Source: Ruditapes philippinarum (lineage: Eukaryota). Taken from it: a stretch of 64,000 nucleotides of DNA. The stretch's first letter is position 1; the number at the start of each line of letters is the position of its first letter. The notes beneath the pieces are model-generated. The model had not been told where the DNA came from, made no database searches, and saw only the letters and a list, made by a program, of their open reading frames with translations. The stretch is taken from the NCBI RefSeq assembly GCF_026571515.1, contig NW_026854958.1, positions 62,001 to 126,000 of the forward strand, given 5' to 3'. Shown here piece after piece: positions 26,488 through 40,232 of the stretch. The position numbers were made by a program, and so were the translations under genes.

Positions 26488-28216
26488 ATGGCTGAAAACA
26501 ATGCAGGAAATGAAGTGTCTGGGCGAGTTAAGGGAATTATGTGTCAACCATGTTTCAATAACAATAAACAAACAACAGCGGACAAGTTTTGTCCAACTTG
26601 TAATGAATTTCAGTGTTTGGATTGTTCCAAAGTTCACTACACTCACGCCTTCTTAAAAAGTCACAAGTTAGTGAATGCAAATGAGTCGAAAACGAAACAA
26701 GGCTCGTTTGATATGAAAGGATTAGACCAATGTGATCAACATCAGAAAGTTCTAGAATTCTTCTGCGAAGATGAGAATCAGCTCTGCTGCAGTACATGTG
26801 CTATTGTTGGTCATCGTAAATGTCACAGCGTTGTGGAAATTCTGAAGGTCGCCGGAAGGTCAACAAATACAAAGTCAACGTTAAAGGTTAAAATGGAGGA
26901 AGTGAGACAGAAGGCGTACAAAATCGTAGACAGCATTGTCTCATCAAAAGAGAAACTAGATGAAGATGCTAAAGAAATACCAGTCAAAATACGGCAAATG
27001 CGGGATGAAGTAATGAAAATGTTTGACGAGTTGGAAGTTTCCGTTGTTAAAGACGTTCAATCGTTTCGGAAAGAGACATTAGACAAGCTGACAATAAAGC
27101 AGTCTCAGAACGAAAAATATCTAGCTGATATAACAGCATATCTGGAAACGATTGACGACGTGTATCAGAACGGATCTTTGGCACAACAGTTCATAGTAGA
27201 GCAGAAGATGAAGAATGACGTCGATGTTCTTCACACAAATGTCGATGCAGAATGTCATGATTTAAAGACAGTGACAGTAAGCTTTGATTTTGATGAAACA
27301 TTAAAACTTCCTCCTCTGTCAGTCACTGATTATATACCAGGACAGCTGACTTTAAAATCCTGTCTATCAGAGGTAGCCAGTACTATATCTCCTGTTAACA
27401 AAGCAATGATACTTACACCAATAAAGTCCATTGATTTAAAGCAGAAAAAGGATGATGACAAAGAGCCATATTATACAGGGATTGATTTTTTACCTGATGG
27501 TAGACTTGTTGCTGTGGATAATAAAAACAAGAAATTATTAGTTTACAATGAGAAGCTTGAGAAAGCAGGATCATATCAGTTATCTTACCCTCCACAATCC
27601 GTTGTTGCTGTATGTGATGAGGAAGTAGCGGTCACAAGTGCCAATGGATTTAAAGTTAGACATTCTCAATGTTAACAAATCTAATGACATAACTTTAGAT
27701 AGAACAATTAAAGTGACATCAAAATATGACTCGATATGTCAAAAAGATGATAAACATTTTGTCGGCGGGACAATTGATCATTCAACACCTGTTCGTATTA
27801 TATCATCTACAGGAGAAGAGAAAGATTTCAATATTAACTTTCCGAATAAGTCATATCCTATAGGCACAAGCGCTTGTACTTACATAAGGAGCAGTGATAA
27901 AGTGGTGCTTACAGATAGATACGAGCATACTGTCTACATATATGACGTCAAGACAAACACGAGAGTCGTGGTGAAGGATGATCAGATAAAGGAGCCGCGT
28001 GGTGTAGCAGTTGGTCCCTCTGATACTATCCTGGTTTGTAGTGAAAATACAAACTCCATTGTACAGATATCACAAACTGGACAAATATTATCATCGTACA
28101 AGATAGATATGAACTATCCAAGTAGAATTTGTATCTCACGTGATAAATCATTTCTTGCAATAGCAAACGTATGTGGCGGTGAGACAAAACTACAGAAGTT
28201 TAAAATATCATATTGA
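26488..28216 (+). CDS. TRIM-like copy 3 (unit C): full length with a single +1 frameshift at ~27650 (young pseudogene or base-calling error)
   Basis: ORFs 26488-27675 and 27638-28216 join into a ~575-aa paralog if one T is removed from GGATTTAAAG. Confidence 0.75.
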
Positions 28217-28764
28217 AGACATTGATTTTGACATTATTATGTTTAACAAGTAATACAGCACGTTTAGTCATCAGTAAAAATAACAAAATCAAAAGTTGAG
28301 ATATTTTTGAATTCATGCAACTTTATATTCCAAAAAAATATATAGTCAGTCTAAGAAATAAGAATTCAGAAGAAATCAACGAGTTTTTTATTACTGAAAT
28401 ATTGTACATTGTACATTGTAAATCATTATCAATAGTACATATAAATTCATTAATGTGTATTATTCTTATTATTTTTATGACATCTCATATTATAAAATTT
28501 TCTCCCAAATTATCAGCAACCATTTATTAGTTGCTAACATTTCTATATATTGGACAACGAGTACATGTGTATCTCTTCTTAAATGCTGCTATTACCATGA
28601 AATCAGTTATTATTACATAAATCAATGTTTTCATAACGACTAGATTTTAGACGTATCGGTACAACATACCTGAATTTAGCAAAATTTAATGTTCTTAAAG
28701 AATATTTCCTTCAACATAACATTTTGTTTTAAAATCAAATATTGTATAGCTTTGTAGAGTGTCA

Positions 28765-28945
28765 AATGTATTATAAATGATGAACTTTGTATTACAAATG
28801 TAATGTATCTTTTGTATTATAAATGATGAACTTTGTATTACAAATGTAATGTATCTTTTGTATTATAAATGATGAACTTTGTATTACAAATGTAATGTAT
28901 CTTTTGTATTATAAATGATGAACTTTGTATTACAATGTAATGTAT
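28765..28945. repeat. 46-bp minisatellite, ~4 copies
   Basis: Period 46 (28771 to 28817). Confidence 0.92.
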
Positions 28946-31900
28946 CATAATGTTGGTGAACGTCAAAATAAAATTACTATTACGTATATTTTTATATTTC
29001 TTATTCTTTTGATATGTCAAATTTGTGTTTTATTGTGTTTGAATAATGGATTTAGGGCATTTTAGATGTCTAACAACTGACTAACGCAGCTCTAAATGTG
29101 AGTAATGTGTCATAAAGGTAGCAAAAAGTAAACAAAGTAGTAGTTTGACTGCCATACAAAATACTAATTCACTTTAATAATGATACCGATTACCAACAGA
29201 GCTTTAGTTGCAAAATATAGTCCATTTATATGGCAAATGAGTATTACTGTGAAAACTGTAACAAAATTCTTTTTTGGGAAATAAAAAAAAGCATTTCTGA
29301 ATCATAATGGGCCTTTAAATAAACTGAATTATTGTTGTTTCGAAATATCTTTTTGTATATTCGAGTATGTATTTCCGTTAAAAGTATATATTTTAATTGA
29401 CGACTAATTGAGTACATGAACAGGTTGCTTGATCATTAAATGTCTATATTTGTATTGTTAACACTTTATCATCATTTTTATCTTCTTTTTTTCATGGTTG
29501 TAATGGACATGCAATATGTGAAATGAGTCATGATTCTAGATTCCAAGCTTGCTATCGATTGATATTGATTGATTTTTCTGAACTTTTCTCATGACATGAC
29601 AATAACATCTAATTAATAAGACAAGATATAAAACCTAAAAATAGTAAAGCAAATAAACCCGTTTATACTCGATTGTTTTCCATTCAAACATATTTAGTTA
29701 AAATTTTGAAAAGATCATATCATTATAATATAACTAAAGTCGAGTGTTACATTAAGACTGATTGCTTTTTGTTCAATTTTTAGATTCTACAGACAGTCTA
29801 CGTCCACTCATTTCAGGCTTTCCTCAATCTGTAAAATTGAAAAGTCAAAGTCAAACAATGTTACATTTAAACAACGCTAGTAGTCCTTGTCTAGAGTTAT
29901 GGTGGTCTTCTTTGCCATATAATTCGTCAAAAACTAACTGATTCAAAACAAATTAATCTATTGCTAGATTTATTCATTTTTAAAGAAATAAAGAACTTGC
30001 GTCAGTTTAAAGAATAAAATAAAACGATTTATTTACAATGAATCTAAATTCACACTGAATATCTTCTTATATTTAATCAGCTAGAGCCTCTTCATGTAGG
30101 AACGGAAGTTAAATTTCAGCACCTTCAGCTACTACTATAAACATGTAGATCTATATTTTAACCCTGGTATGTATACTGATATATTAAATAGATCTGCACA
30201 CTAGATAATCTAGCATTTTAACATTTTCAATATTCGACATTGTTCCCACTTGAATTCATTAAGGAGCGAGAATATTTAAAAAAAAACTTCTATAGACAAA
30301 TGAATTCTGCATGTTAACTCTACAAACACAAGTACATGAATTCTACTTTTGTGTGTGTATTTGCGTTTATTTATACCCGCCACCGGTTGCCCATATGGGC
30401 GAGTCCTCCAGAAGAGTATTAGTCATTTTATTTTTTCATGAATTCTACAGTACAGTGTACGAGTTTTTATATAACTCGTGTAAAGTGACGGTCACGGTAA
30501 TGCTGTTTCTCTTGTGCAGGTCAAAACGAAATCAACTCGGGACGTTTTGAGGACACAATACCAAAATAGCAGCCATTTTGTTACCGTCCAACATACTTTC
30601 GTTATTTTTACGAAATATTCATTAATATACAAAAAGCGTAAATAATTAAATATAAAAGAAACTTAAAGTATTTGGGAGTTTAGCTTTTTAATCTTATGAT
30701 AAGGGGAAGTAACTGCTTCGGGGAGTTTGCAAAACGCATAGCAAGAGACAACTATTTTTCCCCTTGTAAAACGCAGAGTTAAGTGTGTTTATTAACATTA
30801 ATAAAATCTAAAGGTTTTCCAGAACATTTGAGTACAGTTATTATGGCAAACGAAAGCATTCGACTCACTGTCGTTTAAAAAAACATGGTATTTATATTTA
30901 AAATATTATAGATTTACTTTTGTATCGAACTACTGCATAGCTTTTTTGAACTACAATTACAATCATGTATTTGGTTCTGGCGAAACGGATACCGTAGGCC
31001 TACACCATTTGTTGTTGTTGTTCCAATTTGTTATTTGTATGCCATATTCTTTCATAGAGTGTCTCATTATACACGAGTATTTAATAACACATTATTGTGC
31101 TTAAAGGCCCATTATGCCCTAGAAATGATTTTATCTATATTTTTCAAAAGCTTGTGAATTTTAATCTCATGTTATGGTTTCCAAAAAGATTTTACCGGTC
31201 AATAACATATTTTGCTTCCGTTACTGTTTTGCAATTAGTTAGTACAATTGTAGAGATTCAGTATTTTATATGGATGTCAAAATACTATATTGATTACAGT
31301 TTGCCATTTTTATGATATATAAAAGTGCTACATTTTAGGTGACAAGCATCTTACATGCTCTAAAACCATTATTTACTCTTTATAAAACTCATGTTTGCCT
31401 TATCTGAACAAGGAAATAATTTATTTGTTTCTAAGGCATCAAGTGCTTTAAGATAGCTGCAATTATATGTGAGAATTATCTTTATAAATGTACTCAATCG
31501 GAACTTCTCGGCTATAACATGTATTCATAATTCTTGTATTAAGTTTGAAGGAAATATGTGATTGAAATGTGCTTTGTCCTTTTAGATAGCGGATGATTAT
31601 TCCTTTGTTATAAAGAAGTTTATAAAGAAGTACAACACATATAAATATTCAGTAATTGTAATAATACACAACAGTAGCACATAGTAAAAATGATTTGACA
31701 GTGTGTCCATTTGACTGTGATCTTGAATTTGCGTTCAGCCTTCTACAGTGTTTTCATTGGCTCAATTTGTAATGACGCAGCTATATCATTCTGAAATAAA
31801 ATAAAAAATATTCTATATTACATCGAGTATATATATTGTCTGTCGAGTTGATTTTAATATTTATTTGTACATACATTATACTGTATAAATTATTCCATTA

Positions 31901-32071
31901 CAAAAAGATTATAAAGATCGAGAGGTATGGTTATTATATCCTTTAAATTTCATAAAATATGTAGACGGCCGAGGACAAAAGCACAATTTGAAAAAGTAAA
32001 ATCTTATAAAGACAGGCTCATAATTTGTGCATGACTAGATTCATTGGTAAGGGCATGATAATTATAAATCT

Positions 32072-32410
32072 TTAAAGCTGCACGCCTCCAGATGAGCCAA
32101 AATATTTCAAGAAAGTCTTTAGAAAAATGTATTAAGATCTATAGAAAAGTTATAATATTCAATATTTAATTAATCATTTACATGTTATATGCGATTAATG
32201 ACAGTTTTTGCAGTATCAGTCACTGTAATTCTACTGCGTTACTAATGCAGTAAGAGGTATTTATGTATATTTTGACATCTTTTTGGTTATTAACGTGGAT
32301 TGTAAGTACCGTTTGCAATGTGTTAATTACTTTCTTTGATCACCTCACAATATTTAACTTTAAAAAAAATTCATGACAATAAGCATAAATATGGAGGCAT
32401 GCTGCTTTAA
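32072..32410. mobile_element. TTAA-flanked MITE
   Basis: TTAAAGCTGCACGCCTCCAGAT / ATATGGAGGCATGCTGCTTTAA inverted termini. Confidence 0.7.
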
Positions 32411-33073
32411 AAGCGTTTGTTAATGCAAAAATATGCATGTTGTTTTGAAAATGTTGGCAAACGACAATACCAGGGTGTGAGTGCATCAATAAATAATGCT
32501 TCGCATGTACATATGTACTAAATTTCCATTCAATGAATGTATATCTGTTAGCAAAATGATAGTTTCTTTGAAAATCAGCTGGATTTCTGCTTTACTGTCT
32601 AAAAATGTAATTTCATAAAAGTCAGCACATAAAACGGTATATTACATACCAAAAGTCAACGTTGTTGTGGATAATCTCTCGGAGGTCAAAACTGCTTGTT
32701 AATTAATTAATTAATTAATTAATTACAATAACAAGCTTAAATGACAAATGAGAATAAATCATCAATATATATTTAAGCAATTATTCACAGACGCGTTACG
32801 GTCAATCCAAGGTTAAAGTTAAAAAAACTTACGGCATTTTTAATTTGGTTTGGATGGTACCAGATTCCACCTTGATTGTCACATTTTTCCATGTGTATCC
32901 TCTCCGGATCACCGGCTACCAACACTTCTGATTGACCATCTGCCTAGATTAAAATATGATTTATTGATTCATATTCGACTTGCATTTTGATTTTTGACAG
33001 TTTTCTATATATCAACTAATATCAAATGTTAAATTGCTATAACGAGATTTGTTTATAAAATGTGCAAGAAGTG

Positions 33074-33311
33074 TGGTGGAATGGCCGAGAACTTAGCGCG
33101 CCGGACTAGTAATCTAAGGATTATATTAGCAATCTACGGATAGCTGGCCGCGTGGGTTCAAATCCTTTCAGGGGCAAGACGTTGTTTTATTGGGCAAGAA
33201 ACTTTGCACGCATTGCTTGGTACTGCTTGGTGCCAGAAACGGTTTCGAAAGTGTTCAAATACACTTTCAACACAATCGAACAAAGAGAAATTGGTAAATT
33301 AAACATAAGTG
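33074..33311 (+). mobile_element. tRNA-derived SINE
   Basis: TGGCCGAG A-box and GGTTCAAATCC B-box; absent at the homologous site in unit B (~6260); possible AAGTG target duplication. Confidence 0.75.
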
Positions 33312-34447
33312 AATGCATACTGTATTTACAGTTTTCTGAACTTAACTGTTTATATGCAAAGATTCTCGCTTACTTCAATCTATCAGCAACTAAATAAGTT
33401 TAACACGATGTAATTAATCCATTCACTGTTTAAGATTTTTGTAAACCACTCAATAGAGACATGGATAGCAAGATCCCAAGTATATAACATCCCACGGAGG
33501 GTAATAAATGTTTTCGACATTCAATGTATATACTTACTGGTTCAAGATTCCTACAATGTAGCATGAGATCACTTAGTCTGTCTGCAAACCCAGGCGCAAA
33601 CGCTTCCGGGTCTACTGCAACAAAGCACTGGCCCTGAAAACGAGAGTATGACCTTTTGTATCAACACGGCTATAGAAGACAGTTTGTGGTGTGATATGTC
33701 AAAAGGGTCCGTACTCTCAGTGCCTGAAAGGCTGGATTGACCCTTATTACGCGTAGAATACATACACAGAAATATTGAAACCGAAATAACGCTGGCATGG
33801 TGATTTCGATGGAATAACTGTGAATTTGACAATGGAAGGCTTGTTAATGCTGGTTGAAATTTGAAGTAAACTTGTATCTGTTTTAACATTACATGCATCT
33901 TTAAACCGAAATACCGGTTTGACAAAAAAGCCAAAGCTAGTATTGAAGTATTTTAATTTGTTTCGAGGAATGTTTACTTTCGAAATTTGCTACATGAAGT
34001 CGCTTTAGAACAATCGGACATAAAGTACCTGCTTATAATTAATTTAATAATTTTCATTACATTTTATATCTTATAACCCAAAGATCAGATAAGTTTTGTG
34101 TACCAAGTTTGCTTGTCTTTGCTGAGATTCCTTCCATTTTCGGACATGGTGAGCACCACTGAGTATTCCACAGAAAATGTCTACCATCATCGACTACTAA
34201 TATCCCTTGTACCCGGCTTAAAACAAATAAAACACACTTTATCTTCGTGCTGACTTGATTAACAGTTTAAGAATGGAGAAATATAAGGTAAATAATATTT
34301 TTGACAAAAGCATACTTTGCCCTATCATTCGATCCTGTTACAAGTTCCATCATTGTGAAGTTTAGCAGGGTCTCAAGCTTCATCGGAATTCCAATCGTTT
34401 GTGACACACGGTGTATATTCCGTACATACTGCAATCCTTACATAATC

Positions 34448-34745
34448 CGTCCGGTTAGCTCAATCGATAGACTGTGAATCGGACGACCCGGATTCGATTC
34501 CCGGACGGCGCTGGTCACTGTCGTTGTGATTGATCAATCATGATATCCCTTCTGAAGTCATTCACGCTGTATCTCTGCTCTGACATGTACAGAAGTTATC
34601 AGTTCCTTGCGAAAGTGAAAATAGTGAAAATGAACTGCTTGACAGTTTACCCAGGAACGATGCATAGGCTGAACTGTGGTCTGGTAAATTCAATATGGCT
34701 CCCTGTCGTGATACGGAGGGTAAACTGCCAACTCAACCGCCACAT
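34448..34745 (+). mobile_element. tRNA-derived SINE
   Basis: GGTTAGCTCAATCG...GGATTCGATTCCCGG tRNA-like head; related body fragments at ~1845-1955, ~42980-43065 and ~54195-54255. Confidence 0.7.
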
Positions 34746-37700
34746 TACCTGTATTTACTTTAATTTAATTAGTATGTACAGAATATATATCAAGGGAAAC
34801 CGAGGATGCTGGATTCCTTAAACTTTAATGGCTTCAGGAAGAAGTTTAGAACAAACAAAAGCATTGTGAACGAACAGTAGTGCAATCATGATTCATCAAA
34901 TAAAAAGGAGAAGACTGGCTTTTGAAGGTAAAAAAAGTTGAAGTAATAAGACCTATTTAAATATACACATATATGTATTCTCTGCTCCTTCCAGAGGACT
35001 TAAACCTGTTGCTTGTTTAGGGTCTGTTGTTGATTTCCCATCTTTATCCACTGCCCAGCCAACAGGTATAGGTTGATCCTTGCGGTCCGCTAAGTCTATC
35101 TAAAATTATTGGCAGAATTACAGTATTGTACTTTACAATGTTTAATAATCTCATAATATACGCCTGACATTGCTATTTACTTTGAGGATTCATATCTACA
35201 TTATAAAGACATATGTGTATATTCGTAGAAAAATCACATGATTGCTCCAAATATACAAGATAGAAAGGTAAAATAATTGTTAAAATGTATGTCGTGCCCG
35301 GAAAGAAAATAATGTCATCAATGAAAAGATCGATTTACATTTTAAGACGGCACCAGTCATAGACAATATGAATACACCATTTGTTGATAATCTTTTGTGA
35401 TATGTCGTTCCTATAACTTTCAAGTCCTGTTACTTTTAAGTTTATTAAAGAACTTAACCGGCCACCTCAAACGAATCTGCCGTCAATCTATAACGAGATG
35501 GTACACATTGTTCATTGTACTTTAATGCAATGCCCGAAACAATGGAACCAAAATTAAAACGTAAGTTTAACCTTTCCTAACGCCACGGCAGTTAGCCATA
35601 TCAAATACGAAACTATCGCCATCTTTGGCTGGTGCCGCAACACATATTGGATTGGTACCCAGCACTTCCTGTTTGGCTCTTGTGGGAACCAACAAAGGTG
35701 ATGTATTTGTAAATGCCATACCCTACATGATAGAAATAATATCCTTTTAGATTAACAGTGATAAACAATGCTAATGATTCAGACTGGTAATATCTTTGGT
35801 GAGCTATTTCGTAGAAAAAAAGTTATATGAAAATATAAGAGCAAGAGTATGACCTATTTTAGAAGAGTAATTAAAATAACTTAAGTAATATCTAAAAAGA
35901 AAAAAAAAACATACATTACCAAATATACATTGAGTGGTTTATATCATTTATTTATTTGAATATATCAGTATTAAAGTTGGAATATACTGGAATCCAAGAT
36001 ACAAATTATTTAATAGTTTGATTGTTTTTGTTTAATTCCGATAGAATTAATGTTAAAGGAATCTTCATTCCGGACATATGCATTTATTTCAATGACACCT
36101 ATGCGCCTTCGTACTTAACTTACAATCATTCCGTGCTTTAATGCATGCAGACCATACCAGCCGGCGATTCCAAAATGATTTGAACCTATTAAAAATAAAT
36201 TAAATATGCTTTCCATTTTCCATTTTTTTAGTATTCGCTTGAAATGTATTCGTTTCGGTTCTTTTCATTATTTCATTTAAAAGGGAACCAAATCAATGGA
36301 AAAGTACAGATTAATAATTATTTTGATATTTGTGATAATATATGCACTATAGTATGCACGGATAAATGGAAAGAGGCATTGTCACGAAAATGGCTACATA
36401 AAATATTGAAACATGATTAAATAGGTATTATTATAGAGGAGACAAGAAAAGCATTGATGCAAAGCATCAAAGGGCGTCCATGCAAGAAATGCAGCAAGTG
36501 AAGATGAACAAGTAGTCATCTGATGACTAGATATTCTTATAAACTTTTCAATGGTTGATTGGTTTTTACCAGAATTGTATCATATTTATGAATGGCGGAC
36601 TTGAAATTCTATCAATATTAACGATAATATCCAAAATATACAGGTCTATAATATTCAAAGTGCAATTAGTTGTTTTAATATGTTTCATATTACATTTCCT
36701 GCAAAATTCTCCAGTTCGTTATTTATAACCATAGCGCTACACGAATGACCGTTTCTTTAAACTAAAACTACTTCTATAAATAGATTTTCGGACGTTCAAA
36801 ATGTTAAGGTCATCATTCTATTTATAGGTACAGCAATACACAATTACCCACTGTGTACTACAAAATGATTAACAAGAAACCCCGAAGAGCGCGATTAATT
36901 GACGGATATGATAATTTCATTTGAATATGTTTGCATTGCGAAATTCTTAAGTTTGCGACATTTAATTTATGATCATACCCATTGGAATGATCGGCTATTA
37001 TGACTGACGAAAAGGCCCGAGAAGTTGCTGTTGCCCTTTCACAAAATCTGATTTCATTCCATAAGGGCGTCTCGCTTCGGCGCGGACGCCAATTACAAGT
37101 AAAATAATATGCTGCCAAACAAAATGTGTGCAAAACGTTAAATTAGAATTTGTCACTTATTATCCAAGATGAACTTACTATGGGTGCTCCATTTTTGTAT
37201 CAAACATTTAAAGTTACATCTTACAATAAAATCTGAAGTTACTTATCACAACTATATCTATATGAAAATTTAAAGGAAATATTTAAAAAAAAAACGAAGT
37301 CTGTCTGTTTTCAGTTCGACTTCATGTAAAATAAAAAGGAAAGGAATGAATATGAAAAGAATTTTCGTTGGTCAATTAAGAATTACAAACTGAAATCGGT
37401 GAATCTCATTGGCCATTCTTAAATAAAGTATAAAGGGTAGTCCCAAACATTCTAAAATAAAATTTAAATGTTAGCTCTAAAATAAAATGTAAATGATAGT
37501 TTAGCCACTATATAATAAAATGTAAAGGATAGTTCTAAAATAAAATGTACAGGAATGCGGATAGTTCTTAACTTTTTGGTTTATTTCTCAATGATTTCAA
37601 AATTTATAAAGTCAAGCGTAAATCAAGTTAAAGGGACACCAAAAATAGAAGTTGTCTTACTTTGATAAATCATCAATATAAATATGCTACAATTTAATTT

Positions 37701-37881
37701 CAATGCTAACAAAATGGGTATTTCTTTTAGCTACAAGAAATAACTGTTATGTCATTGTTATGCAAGCTTAGCTAACATTTCTTTTGTATTGAAAACTTAG
37801 AAATAACATTACTTTGCATGTTAACCAATTTACTTCGGCCAGGTATCTTTCTAAAAGATACTTATTGTTTCTTAATATACA

Positions 37882-38590
37882 TAAGGCCGCAACAGACGGT
37901 AGGATTTAGTTGTACAACACTAATTAGAGATAAGATGTACAATTTTCAAAGCAATACGACACTTGCATTCAGACGGTAATTCTGCATTGTAAAAATCATC
38001 TGAGGTTCCCCTAAAAATGTGCCCTCCCAATTGATCCCTTACATACTTTACTCACTGAATTATTTTTATTCTCCATGAGAAATGATTGAAACACCTCTTT
38101 TTTCATTGTTTTTTCAAATTTTTTTAAAAATGTGCAGCCTGACCCAGACTTAAACCTGGGACCCTCGGAATACTGTACTGCGACTGTACTGACTAAGCTA
38201 CCGGCCGCTGATTTAAAGTTCAATACCGTGACATAATCATTTTCGGAATAATTTGGGGTTTGGACATACCACAACTTTGGGTGTCCTGAAGAGTTTTTCA
38301 ACATCATTCTTACCCCATTTTACTACTATGCTTACCTTTTAGTTCTAATTGTTCTGGAATTTTATTCATAACACCCATTATCATGAGATAATTTGGCAAA
38401 ATGTTATTTGTCATTGCGTGAGGTCTGGTTTGTGCGACAAGATTTTCAAAATGGCACATGTCCTATCCCTTACATCTATTAAGGTTTACGAATTCAAGAA
38501 AAAGTAGCCTTCACACATTAAGATTTGCTTGTATATCTTAGTTTTAATTGGTGTTGTACTTCAAAAATCCTACCGTCTGTTGAGGCCTAA
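37882..38590. mobile_element. Non-autonomous DNA transposon with ~45-bp TIRs and an internal tRNA-like segment (~38135-38210, minus strand)
   Basis: AGGCCGCAACAGACGGTAGGATTT...TACAACACTAATTA versus TAATTGGTGTTGTA...AAATCCTACCGTCTGTTGAGGCCT; absent from the same intron in the other units. Confidence 0.75.
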
Positions 38591-39244
38591 AGTCATACAT
38601 AAGCCTTTCATTTTTATTGGTTTTAAGTCTCTTGCGTAAGGATATATCTCGTGCAAACACCCAACCAATGCCAGCCTCTTTAGCTTTCTTTATGGCAAGG
38701 TCCATGCTAAACCGACCAATCACAACAATCCTGTAACAAATTTGAAAAATACGTAAATCTCGAAAAGTTGCAGTATCTATATTCTAATATTCGAGTTGCC
38801 TTTTACTCTCCAAGATGATAGTGTACGACATGACTGAATAAGATATGTAATAAACATTTAGAGTAAATATTATTATTTTTTCTGCGTATAACGGTTCCCT
38901 TTCAAAACTCTGCGTCTCCAGAACTATATGTTATCGTGTATTTCAAAACACAATATGGTAAAAAAGCTGACACGTATAAATCTACATATGAAAATAATAT
39001 ACATATTCATAGATGTTATTCATATGCTACACATATAAAAAAACGTTCAATGTATGATAAAAATAATTTGAAATTTACCTAGGATATTGTTGCCTTCTAC
39101 CAGCGCTGTTGCTATGGTTTCCTTAATAATTTCTGGATTCCCTGTTACCACGGTTGTCTTCGTTTTCACGTCAGTAATATACATGTCTAAAATGAATGAA
39201 TGAATGAATGAGTGGGTAAATGAGTGAAGGAATGAATGAGTGAA

Positions 39245-39389
39245 NNNNNNNNNNNNNNNNNNNNNNNNNNNNNNNNNNNNNNNNNNNNNNNNNNNNNNNN
39301 NNNNNNNNNNNNNNNNNNNNNNNNNNNNNNNNNNNNNNNNNNNNNNNNNNNNNNNNNNNNNNNNNNNNNNNNNNNNNNNNNNNNNNNNN
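39245..39389. other. Assembly gap within the (TGAA/TGAG)n microsatellite
   Basis: N bases flanked by the repeat. Confidence 1.
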
Positions 39390-40232
39390 TTATGAGTATG
39401 TAATGAGTAAGAAACTAAGTTATTTGCAAATTTTGATGCCCAATAAAACAAATTCAAGACAAACATTGTATGCCCAATAAGAAGTTTCTAGATCTGTCAA
39501 ATAATTATCATTGTTAATCGATATAATATTAATTATTTCCAAGGTTTTCCTGATAAGAGGAATCTTACATTCAGCACAGCCATGAATTTTATCACTTTAC
39601 TTAAACTCGATAACAAATTCAACATGTAAGATCCTCTTCTATATATCTTAACATAATGACTGCTGACCTTTTTTCTCATGATAACCAATAATCTAGTATA
39701 CATGTGAATCTATGTTGTGCTTTCTTCTTCATTGATCTGTGTGTTATCTCGTAATTCGCAATATACATGTGTTAAATATCTTTAAAAGCAGACGACTTTA
39801 TGGCCCTGCTTTTTAAAATTTTCATACCTAACTTCTACCCATTATTATTATTGAACACTCTATTTTTATCTGAATGACCGAACAAGACATAGAACCTATA
39901 TATGGCTGATAATGAGTATAAAATGCAGACAATTATGAGCAGATGAATCAACTAATTAGTTAAAAACCCTTTCGTTATACACCGATTTAATGAAAAAAAA
40001 AAAAACATCAATCGGGTCGTCCCCGGCTGTTAGTAATAATGTCCTTATCCGAAAAAGTTGCAATTGAAAAAACTCATTCGTTAGCTACCGATTGAAAAGC
40101 ATTAATGCAAAGGGGATCCGTATAGATTAAATTATTTACTTCCGCATTCCGATACATGTAGCGACAGTAACCGGGTACAAAGTACAAATATAACACAAAG
40201 GTATATAGACATGATTAACGTTTTTTGTCAAA

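Noticed and set aside
34448-34510. tRNA gene candidates (also ~33075, ~22305 and ~38140-38210)
   Set aside because: Pol III boxes are present but there is no complete cloverleaf, and repeat bodies follow; these are SINE-type heads.
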